Shown: positions 1-8,566 of the stretch, piece by piece
How positions within the stretch are numbered: position 1 is the first letter of the stretch
Layout: each line of letters opens with the position of its first letter
Source of the DNA: Elainellales cyanobacterium
GTDB taxonomy: Bacteria; Cyanobacteriota; Cyanobacteriia; Elainellales; Elainellaceae
NCBI GenBank assembly: GCA_041746655.1
Contig: JBGTGR010000003.1
Span: forward strand, 36,275 to 100,274
Direction of reading: 5' to 3'
Length of the DNA: 64,000 nt
Notes under the pieces: model-generated
What the model was told of the DNA's origin: nothing
The model's input: the letters and a program-made list of their open reading frames with translations, nothing else
Databases searched by the model: none
Program-made: the position numbers and the translations under genes

Positions 1-150
1 CGTAAAGACTCCAGCGGCGATCGCCTCTGTTTCCGACAAAATCAGTGCCAAATCTGGTGCACCCGAAGGCTTGAGTCCTGCTGCGATTCCTGCCGCTTTA
101 AATCCCTTGGGGGCTGTCACGCCACCCGGAATCACCTGCCAGTCTGCCAT
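1..150 (-). CDS. argJ: ArgJ (bifunctional ornithine acetyltransferase / N-acetylglutamate synthase), 5' part only; runs off the window edge
   Basis: Not in the ORF track. Minus-strand ATG at 148-150 is preceded by GGGAGGAG. Translation [50 protein letters not shown] matches the conserved ArgJ N-terminus as I recall it. Confidence 0.7.
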   Translation of the reverse strand, partial: MADWQVIPGGVTAPKGFKAAGIAAGLKPSGAPDLALILSETEAIAAGVFT

Positions 151-194
151 TGCTCCTCCCATTTAGTGATGTTGACCGTAAATTTGAGCAAATC

Positions 195-614
195 TTAGTG
201 CTCAATTTTGACTGACAAGATTTTGTCGCCTTTTTGAATGGCATTGACAACATCCATATCTGCCGTCTGGCCAAATGTGGTGTGGACGCCATCTAGGTGC
301 GGCTGGGGAGCATGGCAAATAAAGAACTGACTGCCGCCCGTATCCTTGCCAGCATGGGCCATTGAGAGTGTTCCAGCTTTGTGTTTGTTGGAGTTGATTT
401 CACACTTGATGGTATAGCCTGGGCCAGCTGTGCCTGTGCCTTTGGGGCAGCCACCTTGAACCATAAAGTTGGGAATGACGCGGTGGAAATTGAGTCCGTC
501 GTAAAAGCCTTTTTCTGCCAGATCTACAAAGTTTTTGACCGTGTTGGGTGCATCTGCATCAAACAGATCCAGATGGATGGTGCCCTTCTCGGTTTCCATG
601 ATGGCGCGAGTCAT
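195..614 (-). CDS. Peptidyl-prolyl cis-trans isomerase, cyclophilin type
   Basis: 139 aa with cyclophilin hallmarks ([27 protein letters not shown]). AAGGAA RBS lies 7 nt upstream of the ATG. Confidence 0.9.
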   Translation of the reverse strand: MTRAIMETEKGTIHLDLFDADAPNTVKNFVDLAEKGFYDGLNFHRVIPNFMVQGGCPKGTGTAGPGYTIKCEINSNKHKAGTLSMAHAGKDTGGSQFFICHAPQPHLDGVHTTFGQTADMDVVNAIQKGDKILSVKIEH

Positions 615-714
615 ATGTGTTTCCTTATGAAGAAGACGTGAAGCCTAGTTTACGTCAGCCATCGCCTGAACGACACGTTCCTGATTAATTAATTCATCTG
701 GAGTTGGAGCTAGA

Positions 715-728
715 GCGATCGCGATCGC
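715..728. repeat. Overlapping double HIP1 element (GCGATCGCGATCGC); example of the HIP1 octamer found throughout the window
   Basis: Read directly. GCGATCGC recurs across the window in genes and spacers, which is a cyanobacterial signature. Confidence 0.9.
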
Positions 729-875
729 CCCCCCAAGCACTACCAATCGCTGCCAAGTGTTACCAAATGCGGCCCAAATCTACCCCGAACGCTGAAGGAA
801 CGCTTTGCGATCGCCCCTTTGGTTAGGTTGGGTTCAGTTGAAAACGGCATTGCCCCAACCGGAGGAATCCCCCCT

Positions 876-1946
876 ATGACAACGCAAATCTTAGATCAAA
901 CCAAGGCTGAACAATTTGCAGAAGGCTTAGTTGGTATTTTGAATAGTGGCGCGATCGCCCTGATGACTTCCCTTGGCCACCGCAGTGGGCTGTTTGATAC
1001 GCTAGCAAAATTGCCTCCCGCTACCAGTCAGCAGATTGCCGACGCAGCTCATCTAAACGAACGCTATGTGCGCGAGTGGCTGGGCGCAATGGTGACGGCT
1101 CGCTTTGTTGAGTATGATCCTGCAACCTGCACCTATGCTCTGCCACCCGAACATGCGGCTTTTCTGACTCGGTCAGCCAGTCCTGACAATATTGCCGCCT
1201 TCATGCAGTACATTCCTCTGCTGGGAACTGTAGAAGACCAGATTTTGAACTGCTTTGTGAATGGCGGTGGTGTTCCTTATTCTGAATTTAAGCGGTTCCA
1301 TCAGGTGATGGCAGAAGACAGCGGCCAGACTGTCGTGGCAGGACTCGAAGACTATATTTTGCCGATGATTCCTGGCCTCACGGAGTCCCTACAGCAAGGC
1401 ATTGATGTGTTGGATTTGGGCTGTGGTAGCGGCAAAGCTCTTAACCACATGGCTACCTTATTTCCAAACAGTCGTTTTCGGGGCTATGACTTTTCACCGG
1501 AGGCGATCGCCTTCGCCCAGTCGGAGGCCCAAAGCCTTGGTCTGACCAACATTCAGTTTCAGGTTCAGGATGCGGCTTTGCTCAATGAAGTTGAGCAGTA
1601 CGATCTGGTCTGCACCTTTGATGCCATTCACGATCAGGTGCGCCCCGATGTGGTTTTACGTAATTTATATCGGGCTTTGCGTCCAGATGGCCTTTACCTA
1701 ATGCAAGACATTCGAGCCTCCAGCGATGTCAGCGGCAATCTAGAGCATCCGGTTGCGCCCCTGCTCTACACCATTTCTTGTATGCACTGCATGACCGTTT
1801 CTCTGTCGGCAGGCGGGATGGGCTTAGGCGCAATGTGGGGTGAAGAACTGGCGATTCAAATGTTAGGGGAAGCAGGCTTTAGGCAGGTAGAAGTCAAGCA
1901 GCTCAGCCACGATTTCCAAAATAACTACTACATCGTCAGAAAGTAG
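876..1946 (+). CDS. Class I SAM-dependent methyltransferase with N-terminal helical/wHTH-like domain
   Basis: Motif I VLDLGCGSGKAL. The ATG at 876 is preceded by GGAGGA at 861-866. The track ORF begins at a TTG at 819, which I consider less likely. Confidence 0.75.
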   Translation: MTTQILDQTKAEQFAEGLVGILNSGAIALMTSLGHRSGLFDTLAKLPPATSQQIADAAHLNERYVREWLGAMVTARFVEYDPATCTYALPPEHAAFLTRSASPDNIAAFMQYIPLLGTVEDQILNCFVNGGGVPYSEFKRFHQVMAEDSGQTVVAGLEDYILPMIPGLTESLQQGIDVLDLGCGSGKALNHMATLFPNSRFRGYDFSPEAIAFAQSEAQSLGLTNIQFQVQDAALLNEVEQYDLVCTFDAIHDQVRPDVVLRNLYRALRPDGLYLMQDIRASSDVSGNLEHPVAPLLYTISCMHCMTVSLSAGGMGLGAMWGEELAIQMLGEAGFRQVEVKQLSHDFQNNYYIVRK

Positions 1947-1956
1947 GAGCAGATCA

Positions 1957-2205
1957 ATGGCCCGCATCATTGTTGAAACCACCTTTGATCCAACGTCAAA
2001 TTTGGCTATGCAGTCCCTTCCTATTTATCTGATGCCCTGCTTTAGAGATCGTAGTATTCGCTGGCTGCGTACGTTGCGATCGCTCGACCACTGCCGTACC
2101 ATTTGCGAGCTAGAGGCTGCCGATGCCGAATCTGTCCGAGCCTCCTACCGCATGGCAGGCTTACCCTTTGACCGGATCTGGACCGCAGAACTGCAAGAAG
2201 ACTAA
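1957..2205 (+). CDS. DUF4242-family small protein (paralog 1)
   Basis: 82 aa. The C-terminal half (RTICELEAADAESVRASYRMAGLPFDRIWTAE) is near-identical in pattern to the ORF at 5619-5870 and fits the DUF4242 signature as I recall it. It starts 10 nt after the methyltransferase stop. Confidence 0.55.
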   Translation: MARIIVETTFDPTSNLAMQSLPIYLMPCFRDRSIRWLRTLRSLDHCRTICELEAADAESVRASYRMAGLPFDRIWTAELQED

Positions 2206-2410
2206 TCCTGGGGAAAAACTATGTGCCAACTGTGTCAAATTGCCCTCCGTTATCAGCAATCTAAGCAAGGCAGTTCTCCACTGCTGAACGCCAAACTCAC
2301 GGCTTTAGTTGTCTTAAACCAAACAAAAACAGCACCTGCGATCGCCTCCAGCTCTTCCAAATAATTTATTTGAATTGCGGGTTGTCAAGACGTACATTTG
2401 ATTCTATTGA

Positions 2411-2430
2411 TTGATCAAATGATTGATCAA
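2411..2430. promoter_or_regulatory. Two copies of the perfect palindrome TTGATCAA (2411-2418, 2423-2430), 12 bp apart, just upstream of the SARP regulator start
   Basis: Sequence ATTGATTGATCAAATGATTGATCAAAA read directly. It lies 34-53 nt upstream of the ATG at 2464. Confidence 0.3.
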
Positions 2431-2463
2431 AACTTTGTCTGGCAATCAATCCTTGAGCCAGGG

Positions 2464-5400
2464 ATGAGTTCCACGCCTCCCAGCTTGCAAATTCAGTTAC
2501 TGGGTGATTTTCGCCTGTTGGAGGGCGATCGCATTGTGGTGGGTCTCAACACCGAGCGGTTGCAATCCCTGCTAGCCTATCTGATTTTAAATCGCGAGTC
2601 TCCCCAACCTCGACAGCGGTTAGCGTTTCTGTTTTGGCCCGACTCAACCGATTCTCAGGCGCGCACCAATCTGAGGCGAGAGCTATATCATCTGCGCCGG
2701 ATTCTTCCTGATGCTGACAAGTTTTTGCAAATTGATACAAAGACCTTGCAGTGGCGAACTGAGGCCAACTGGACACTGGATGTAGTTGAGTTTGAGCAGG
2801 CGATCGCTAACCTAGAAACCGCAGACCTGGCAGCAAATCCAGACGCCATTCGAGCTGCCTTAGAACAGGCAACTTCCCTCTATCGGGGCGAGTTGTTGCC
2901 TAACTGCCACGACGACTGGATCGCTCCAGAACGTGAAAGGCTCCAGCAGCTGAATATTCAAGTTCTGGACGGGTGGATTCGGTTTGGCAAGGCATATCAG
3001 CAGAAGCCAGTATCCATTCGAGCGGCTCAGCGGCTCCTGCAACTTGATCCGTTGCGGGAGTCGGCTTACGGTGAACTGATGCAGCTTTATGCCAGCGAGG
3101 GCGATCGCGCCAGTGCATTGCGCCTCTATCACCAATGTATGACGCTGCTGCGAGATGAATTAGGACTTGATCCGAGTCCGACGACGCGATCGCTGTATGA
3201 GCGTTTGCTGCACGAAACTGATTCTCAGTTTTCATCTGCACCTGCACCTCCACCTGCACCTGTTCCGCCACTTTCTCCTCCACCTGCTGTCGAGATAGCT
3301 CGCGTTTCTTTGTCAGAACCGTCGCCTGCTCGCGTCAACACCCTGCCTTTGGTGGGCCGCGCTCAGGAATGGACCACGATTCACACCTGGCTCAACTCGG
3401 CTACGACGCCAACCGAACTGCTCTTGCTAATTGGCGAACCTGGCATTGGTAAAACTCGCCTCCTGGAGGAGTTGGCAGCGGCGACTCAGACTGTCCAGGG
3501 ACAAGTGCTATGGGGATGCGGATTTGAAGCAGAATTGTTGCGGCCCTACGGCGCTTGGACTGATGCACTGCGGGCGATCGCCATTGCAAGCACCGATCTA
3601 CCTGTGGCCTTGAGTTCGCTCTTTCCAACCCGGTCTATCCAGCTCCAGCCGCCTGTCGATCGGAGCCAGTTGTTTGAGGCGGTGGTGCAGTTGTTGGCAC
3701 AGTTGGCCGCAAGTGCGCCGCTGATCGTGATTTTGGATGACATTCAATGGCTAGACGAAGCTTCGACCGCTTTGCTGCACTATGTCACTCGGCGGTTGGG
3801 ACATGTCATTCGGGTGGCTTGTGCGGTGCGGCGGCGAGAACTGCAAGACAATCAGCCTGTGTTGAAGCTGGTGCAGGCGCTGCGGCGAGAACGCCGGATA
3901 CAAACGCTGGAGCTGCAATTGCTCAACCGAGAGCAAACAATAGAACTGGCGCAGGCGATCGCCCCCAATCTTGACGCTGAGCAGGTCTTTATTGATAGCG
4001 GCGGCAATCCTCTATTTGCCCTGGAAGTGGCGCGATCGCAGGCCACGCAGACAAGTTCAGAAACAGGCTCAGAGACAGGCTCAGAAACGGGTTCAGATGC
4101 AGATAGCTTGGAAACACTCATTCAAGACCGTCTGCGGCAGCTCCAAGAACCTGCCCGTGAGCTATTGCCTTGGGCGGCGGCATTGGGGCGGAGCTTTCAC
4201 CCCACGCGAGTGGCTCAGATTGCCGATTTTTCTCTGACCCGGTTGCTAACTGCCCTGGAAGAGCTAGAGCAGCAGGGGATTATTCGTCCGGGTGCGGCGG
4301 TGGATGGCGAAACGGGATATGACTTTGTTCATGATCTGGTGCGGCAGGTGGCCTATCAGCAAATTTCGGCTCCACGTCGGCAGTTGGTGCATCGCCATAT
4401 TGCCCAATCACTCAAAACCCTGGTCTCCGCAGAAGAGACGTTAGCCAGCGAGATTTTTCATCATGCCGCTTTGGGGGGCGATCGCTCCCTAGCAGCTCAA
4501 TCAGCCCTGACTGCCGCAGAACGCTGTCTGCGATTGTTTGCCTACACAGAAGCTGCAACCCTCGCTGAGCGAGGCATCGAGCATTGTCAGACTTTGGAGC
4601 CGACGGCTAGGCTACGACTACACCTCTCTCTGCTGAAGGTGACAATCTTGGCTGGGGTCACTCAGGCCCAGGTTTCTGCACTCGAAGCAGACCTCAATCG
4701 CTTGATGGCAGAGGCCCACAGGCTCGGACTCCAAGATGAAGAGGCGATCGGATATGAAGCCCTCATCATCTTGAACTTTGAGCATGGCAACTTCGCGCAA
4801 GTGCAGGAAAACTCCATCCAGATGGCCGAAACCTTCCGAGCGGCAAGTCCCAGCACAACGGCCCGAATGTTGGCCTACAGCGGTTCCTGTTTGGCCGAAA
4901 TCGGTCGTGAGATGTCACATGCTGAGGCTTTGTTGCTTGAGGCTCAATTTTTGGCGGCCAGGGTAGGGCTAGAAATTGCCGATATCGCCAGTGGGTTAGG
5001 CTGTATTCGGCGTCACCACGGCGACTATGCTGAAGCGCGACAATTGCTTCATCAGGCGTGGAAACTGGCCCAAGCCGAACAAGATCACTGGCGCGAATGT
5101 CTCTGCCAGACCTATTTGGCCATGACCGAACTGGAGGCTGATCAACCGGAAGCGGCGATCGCCCATTGTCATGAGCTAGCTGCTGTTGCTGCCAAAATGA
5201 GCGGGGAAGGCAGTGAAGGCGCGTTTGCTGTGGCGTTGGAAGCATTGGCGAATCATGCTTTGTCAAAAGATGCGGGAGCGTTGGAGGCGGCGATCGCCAC
5301 TCTTCGGACGCTAGACGCTAAGCGAATGCTCGCCTACGTGCTGACCTTTGCGGCTGAACTAGACTTGCAGCGAGGGGAAGTAAAACGGGCGATCGCTCGT

Positions 5401-5616
5401 GCCCAATCCGCTCTTGAAGCCGCTCAAGCCATCGATCAGCCTACGGAAATTGCCTTAGCTGGGGCGATTCTAATTCAAGCAAAATACGCATCCTCCGATC
5501 AAGCCTCTGCTTGGGAACAGCTCCAGGCATTACGGCGACAGGTCGAGGTTCACACGCTCAGTCTGCGGGCGCGTACCGCAATTCAAACGCTTCTCCACCT
5601 AACTCCTGTGAGGTAA
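2464..5616 (+). CDS. SARP/AfsR-like transcriptional regulator: OmpR-type wHTH + BTAD + P-loop NTPase (STAND) + TPR-like helical repeats
   Basis: N-terminus LQIQLLGDFRLL...RLQSLLAYLIL (wHTH). BTAD segment LYRGELLP...ALRLYHQCMTLLRDELGLDPSPTT. Walker A LLIGEPGIGKTRLLEEL and Walker B-like IVILDDIQWLD. Long Ala/Leu-rich helical C-terminus. I prefer the ATG at 2464 (MSSTPPSLQIQ); the track ORF starts at 2398. Confidence 0.85.
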   Translation: MSSTPPSLQIQLLGDFRLLEGDRIVVGLNTERLQSLLAYLILNRESPQPRQRLAFLFWPDSTDSQARTNLRRELYHLRRILPDADKFLQIDTKTLQWRTEANWTLDVVEFEQAIANLETADLAANPDAIRAALEQATSLYRGELLPNCHDDWIAPERERLQQLNIQVLDGWIRFGKAYQQKPVSIRAAQRLLQLDPLRESAYGELMQLYASEGDRASALRLYHQCMTLLRDELGLDPSPTTRSLYERLLHETDSQFSSAPAPPPAPVPPLSPPPAVEIARVSLSEPSPARVNTLPLVGRAQEWTTIHTWLNSATTPTELLLLIGEPGIGKTRLLEELAAATQTVQGQVLWGCGFEAELLRPYGAWTDALRAIAIASTDLPVALSSLFPTRSIQLQPPVDRSQLFEAVVQLLAQLAASAPLIVILDDIQWLDEASTALLHYVTRRLGHVIRVACAVRRRELQDNQPVLKLVQALRRERRIQTLELQLLNREQTIELAQAIAPNLDAEQVFIDSGGNPLFALEVARSQATQTSSETGSETGSETGSDADSLETLIQDRLRQLQEPARELLPWAAALGRSFHPTRVAQIADFSLTRLLTALEELEQQGIIRPGAAVDGETGYDFVHDLVRQVAYQQISAPRRQLVHRHIAQSLKTLVSAEETLASEIFHHAALGGDRSLAAQSALTAAERCLRLFAYTEAATLAERGIEHCQTLEPTARLRLHLSLLKVTILAGVTQAQVSALEADLNRLMAEAHRLGLQDEEAIGYEALIILNFEHGNFAQVQENSIQMAETFRAASPSTTARMLAYSGSCLAEIGREMSHAEALLLEAQFLAARVGLEIADIASGLGCIRRHHGDYAEARQLLHQAWKLAQAEQDHWRECLCQTYLAMTELEADQPEAAIAHCHELAAVAAKMSGEGSEGAFAVALEALANHALSKDAGALEAAIATLRTLDAKRMLAYVLTFAAELDLQRGEVKRAIARAQSALEAAQAIDQPTEIALAGAILIQAKYASSDQASAWEQLQALRRQVEVHTLSLRARTAIQTLLHLTPVR
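4057..4104 (+). repeat. 12-nt tandem repeat (TCAGARACRGGY x3, plus a degenerate 4th unit) encoding (SETG)3-SDAD inside the regulator
   Basis: tcagaaacaggc / tcagagacaggc / tcagaaacgggt / tcagatgcagat read directly. It encodes SETGSETGSETGSDAD. Confidence 0.8.
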
Positions 5617-5618
5617 AT

Positions 5619-5870
5619 ATGGTTCGCGTCATGATTGAAACTAGCTACGATCCGCCCTTTACTGAAGAGGACTGGGACGCCAGCAATGTCAAACTCTTCC
5701 CCTGTCTAGAAGAACGGCAGGTGCAATGGATTCGTTCGTTTGTCTCGCCCGATCATCGCCGCACGATTTGTGAGTTTGAAGCGCCCGATGCCGAAGCCTT
5801 GCGAGCAGCCTACCGCCGGGTTGGGGTTCCCTTTGATCGGATCTGGGTGGCAGAAGTGCGCGAGCCTTGA
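5619..5870 (+). CDS. DUF4242-family small protein (paralog 2), translationally coupled to the regulator
   Basis: 83 aa, MVRVMIETSYDPPF...RTICEFEAPDAEALRAAYRRVGVPFDRIWVAEV. The ATG at 5619 lies 2 nt after the regulator stop (5614-5616), with GAGG just upstream. Confidence 0.6.
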   Translation: MVRVMIETSYDPPFTEEDWDASNVKLFPCLEERQVQWIRSFVSPDHRRTICEFEAPDAEALRAAYRRVGVPFDRIWVAEVREP

Positions 5871-5880
5871 GCATTAAAAA

Positions 5881-5907
5881 AGGCGCTTCCTGATTTAGGA
5901 AACGCCT
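5881..5907. terminator. Hairpin between convergent genes, likely a bidirectional intrinsic terminator
   Basis: AGGCGCTTCC-TGATTTA-GGAAACGCCT gives a 10-bp stem with 1 mismatch. On the minus strand it is followed by TTTTTT, downstream of the 5987-6190 gene. On the plus strand it is followed by CTCTTGCCGTT. Confidence 0.5.
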
Positions 5908-5986
5908 CTTGCCGTTCATAGGACTTTCGAACAGGGAACCTTGTGACTGACAGAGTGACGATAGCGTGACTGACAGATCTGCTCAA

Positions 5987-6190
5987 CTAGCTTAGAGAGG
6001 AGTTGCTGCGATCGTAGGATGACCGAAAAGCAGGGTTGATCTTACCCTGGACGTTGCTCCAATATTCTTCGGCGGCTTCGGCAGGGAGTCCAACTTCATT
6101 TGCAGCCCGGCTCAGCATAGACTGTTGACGATTTTTGACCATGTGATGGTGGCGCATCATCAGGGCACGAGCTTGATCTTGAGCAGACAT
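5987..6190 (-). CDS. Hypothetical small protein (67 aa)
   Basis: GGAGAA RBS 8 nt upstream of the ATG, an AT-rich upstream region and a terminator-like hairpin downstream. No family recognised. Confidence 0.5.
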   Translation of the reverse strand: MSAQDQARALMMRHHHMVKNRQQSMLSRAANEVGLPAEAAEEYWSNVQGKINPAFRSSYDRSNSSLS

Positions 6191-6385
6191 AGTCGGTTCT
6201 CCTAGTTCTTATAAAAATTAGAGATGGGTAGAGAGCGGTGTAGATTTCGCCTCTCTTAATCATTATAGCGAGAAATTCTGTATCAACGACTACAAAAAGA
6301 CTTTCAATATAAAAATTTACACTTTTTCTTATGAAATCAGTTGCAAGCCAAAGGTTGATCCCCGCATAAGCAGCGGTTTGGCCGC

Positions 6386-7381
6386 TTGTCTTGCTTAGGG
6401 GTCTGCTCTGGCAGTAAGCTCAGTCAACAACGCTTTTTTACAAAGGCTGAAGTTTGTCTGGCGATTTTGGACTTTTGTAAATCGTCGGCAGGCGGTCAAT
6501 CGTTTATTTGTGGCGCAGGGAGTCAAGCAGTCGTGGCAACTCAGGAACAGCGAATTGAGGTTGGCTCGCTCCAGTGGTTTTATCGGGAAGCTGAACCCGT
6601 CAACCCGACTGATAAGCCTCCTGTGCTGTTGCTGCATGGTTTGCCGTCTCAGAGCTATGGCTGGCGGCATGTATTGCCTGCGTTGGCTGAGCAGGGATTT
6701 TGGGCGATCGCCCCTGACTGGCTAGGGTTCGGCTTTTCTGGAAAGCCTGAGCGGCGGGAGTTTGCCTATACGCCAGATGCCTATGTCGAAGCATTGGGTG
6801 ATTTCCTGCAAGCTTTAGAAATCTCTCGCTTTTCGCTGGTCGTGCAAGGATTTCTGGGTTCGGTTGGGTTGCAGTATGCGCTGCGCCACCCTGACCAAAT
6901 TGAGCGACTGGCCATCTTCAATGCTCCGGTTTCCACAACGGCGAAAGTGCCCTGGAAGATTAAGCAGCTTGGCATTCCGCTAGTGGGGGAAATGCTGACC
7001 CAAGATCCGCTCCTGGTAGACCGCACGCTGGAAGGGGGCGGACACTATCGAGTCGAGGATGACGATTTAGATGTGTATCGTCGTCCATTTTTAAAGAGTT
7101 CAGATGCGGGGCGATCGCTCTTTGCCGTCGTGCAAAAGCTTCAGCTCGCTCAGGCCATGGCTGAGATCGAGACAGGTCTCAAGTCTTGGCAGCACCCTAC
7201 CCTGTTTGCTTGGGGGTTGGAAGATCCTTGGCTACCGCTCAGCATGGCTCAGTCGTTGGTGGAAGCAATGCCCCAGGCCGAACTCAACCAGCTTGAAGAA
7301 GTAGGCCATTATCCTCAAGAAGACTGGCACGAAAAAGTAAGTGCATGTCTGTTGACTTTTTTGCGTCGCCAAGTTGTCTGA
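6386..7381 (+). CDS. Alpha/beta-hydrolase fold protein, haloalkane-dehalogenase-like, apparently lacking the nucleophile
   Basis: PVLLLHGLPSQSYGWRHV...APDWLGFGFSGKP...LVVQGFLGSVGL...EEVGHYPQED aligns with the DhlA-type pattern (LHGEPTWSY...APDFFGFGKSDKP...LVVQDWGGFLGL...AGHF). The start is uncertain; a GTG at 6533 with GGGAG upstream is a plausible alternative. Confidence 0.75.
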   Translation: MSCLGVCSGSKLSQQRFFTKAEVCLAILDFCKSSAGGQSFICGAGSQAVVATQEQRIEVGSLQWFYREAEPVNPTDKPPVLLLHGLPSQSYGWRHVLPALAEQGFWAIAPDWLGFGFSGKPERREFAYTPDAYVEALGDFLQALEISRFSLVVQGFLGSVGLQYALRHPDQIERLAIFNAPVSTTAKVPWKIKQLGIPLVGEMLTQDPLLVDRTLEGGGHYRVEDDDLDVYRRPFLKSSDAGRSLFAVVQKLQLAQAMAEIETGLKSWQHPTLFAWGLEDPWLPLSMAQSLVEAMPQAELNQLEEVGHYPQEDWHEKVSACLLTFLRRQVV

Positions 7382-7551
7382 GCCCAAGCGGCCCGATCTG
7401 GAGATTTGGGTAAGATTTGGCGAATTTCTGCCTCTAGCAGCAAGTTCTGACCAAGATTTTGAGATATATTTCTTTACAAAAGAACTTGTTGTCTGGACAG
7501 ACTTAGGCAATCTTTAGGCAATCTATATTTTGGCGTTAGAGAGGAAGGCTT

Positions 7552-8013
7552 ATGTCACGTTTTCGATCCATTTTGGCTATCTGTTTGGCCGCTATCACGA
7601 CCTTGTTGGTGAGCTGTAGCAATCCTTCTGTGACGGTCAAAGAACCAGGGTACACGGTTGCTCAATTAGAGCAAATTCAGCAATATACGACTGATGTTGA
7701 GGCGCTGCGCGATCGCCTCCAAGACATTCCCAGCTTGGTTCGCACCCAGAAATGGAATGATGTATCTAGTCTGATTCATGGGCCGCTGGGTGAGTTGCGT
7801 ACAAAAATGACTCGTTTGGCTCGCACCCTCAAGCCTGATGCGCAGAAGCAAGCTTTGACGGTCGCTCAAGATATTTTTGACCACCTGATTGCAATTGATG
7901 AGGCTTCGCGGGATGAAGACAGCCGCAGAATTTTGAGAAACTACAACGAGGCGATCGCCGACTTCGATGCTTTCTTCTTGTTGGCTCCTCAACCTTCAGC
8001 ACCTACCGCTTAG
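7552..8013 (+). CDS. psbQ: Photosystem II lipoprotein CyanoQ (PsbQ)
   Basis: 153 aa. Lipoprotein signal MSRFRSILAICLAAITTLLVSC. IHGPLGELRTKM and EAIADFDAFF resemble Synechocystis CyanoQ (sll1638) as I recall it. Confidence 0.8.
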   Translation: MSRFRSILAICLAAITTLLVSCSNPSVTVKEPGYTVAQLEQIQQYTTDVEALRDRLQDIPSLVRTQKWNDVSSLIHGPLGELRTKMTRLARTLKPDAQKQALTVAQDIFDHLIAIDEASRDEDSRRILRNYNEAIADFDAFFLLAPQPSAPTA

Positions 8014-8129
8014 CCGCTTCTTAGCTGATCAGCCTTCAGAAATAGTCGGATAGAGTGGTAGGGGAGTGAAAAATTCTCTCCTACCACTCTTTGTTTTATT
8101 TAGTCAGATATCTAATCAGAAGGTAGCTC

Positions 8130-8543
8130 ATGACGATCTTGCGGCGATTGATTCCTGCGGCGACTCCGGTTGCTGTTCTTGTAGTGTTGGGTTTTGCCTC
8201 TGCTCCAGCCCGGGCTGACTGGGTGCGGGTTGGAGAAAACCAGGCGGGCGATCGCTACCACGTTGAGATCGATCAGGTGACCGAAATTGGCGATGGGGTT
8301 GTGGTTTTCGATACGCTCATTTCTTTTGCCGAGGCTGAACCGTCAGGTGCTGTAGTGCTCATCGATCGATTTGTGGCCGATTGTCGCACCCATACGGTTA
8401 CTAATGTTTCGTGGGCGTCTTATGGCCCAGACCAAGCTTTGGTTGAAGCTGATTCGTTGCCGCTGGTTGAAACACAAGCTGCGCCAGATGGGACGCTGAT
8501 GGCGGCTGAAATTGATTTGGCTTGCGCTACGGTAGGCCATTAG
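8130..8543 (+). CDS. Hypothetical secreted protein (signal peptide ...ASAPARA/DW)
   Basis: 137 aa with an N-terminal signal-like segment and two Cys. No family recognised. Confidence 0.5.
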   Translation: MTILRRLIPAATPVAVLVVLGFASAPARADWVRVGENQAGDRYHVEIDQVTEIGDGVVVFDTLISFAEAEPSGAVVLIDRFVADCRTHTVTNVSWASYGPDQALVEADSLPLVETQAAPDGTLMAAEIDLACATVGH

Positions 8544-8566
8544 GAATGTGAAGGTCAGGTTTTGCC

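Noticed and set aside
98-292. 64-aa minus-strand ORF spanning the cyclophilin 3' end and the argJ start
   Set aside because: It overlaps two frames that have clear family signatures and RBSs (cyclophilin 195-614 and argJ 1-150). Its composition is Arg/Ser-rich off-frame noise.
2464-5616. SARP/STAND regulator as the dedicated regulator of the lasso or sulfated-polysaccharide loci (by analogy with STAND regulators of cyanobacterial EPS clusters)
   Set aside because: It is 24-29 kb away with many housekeeping genes in between, and no shared motifs were seen. This is pure speculation.
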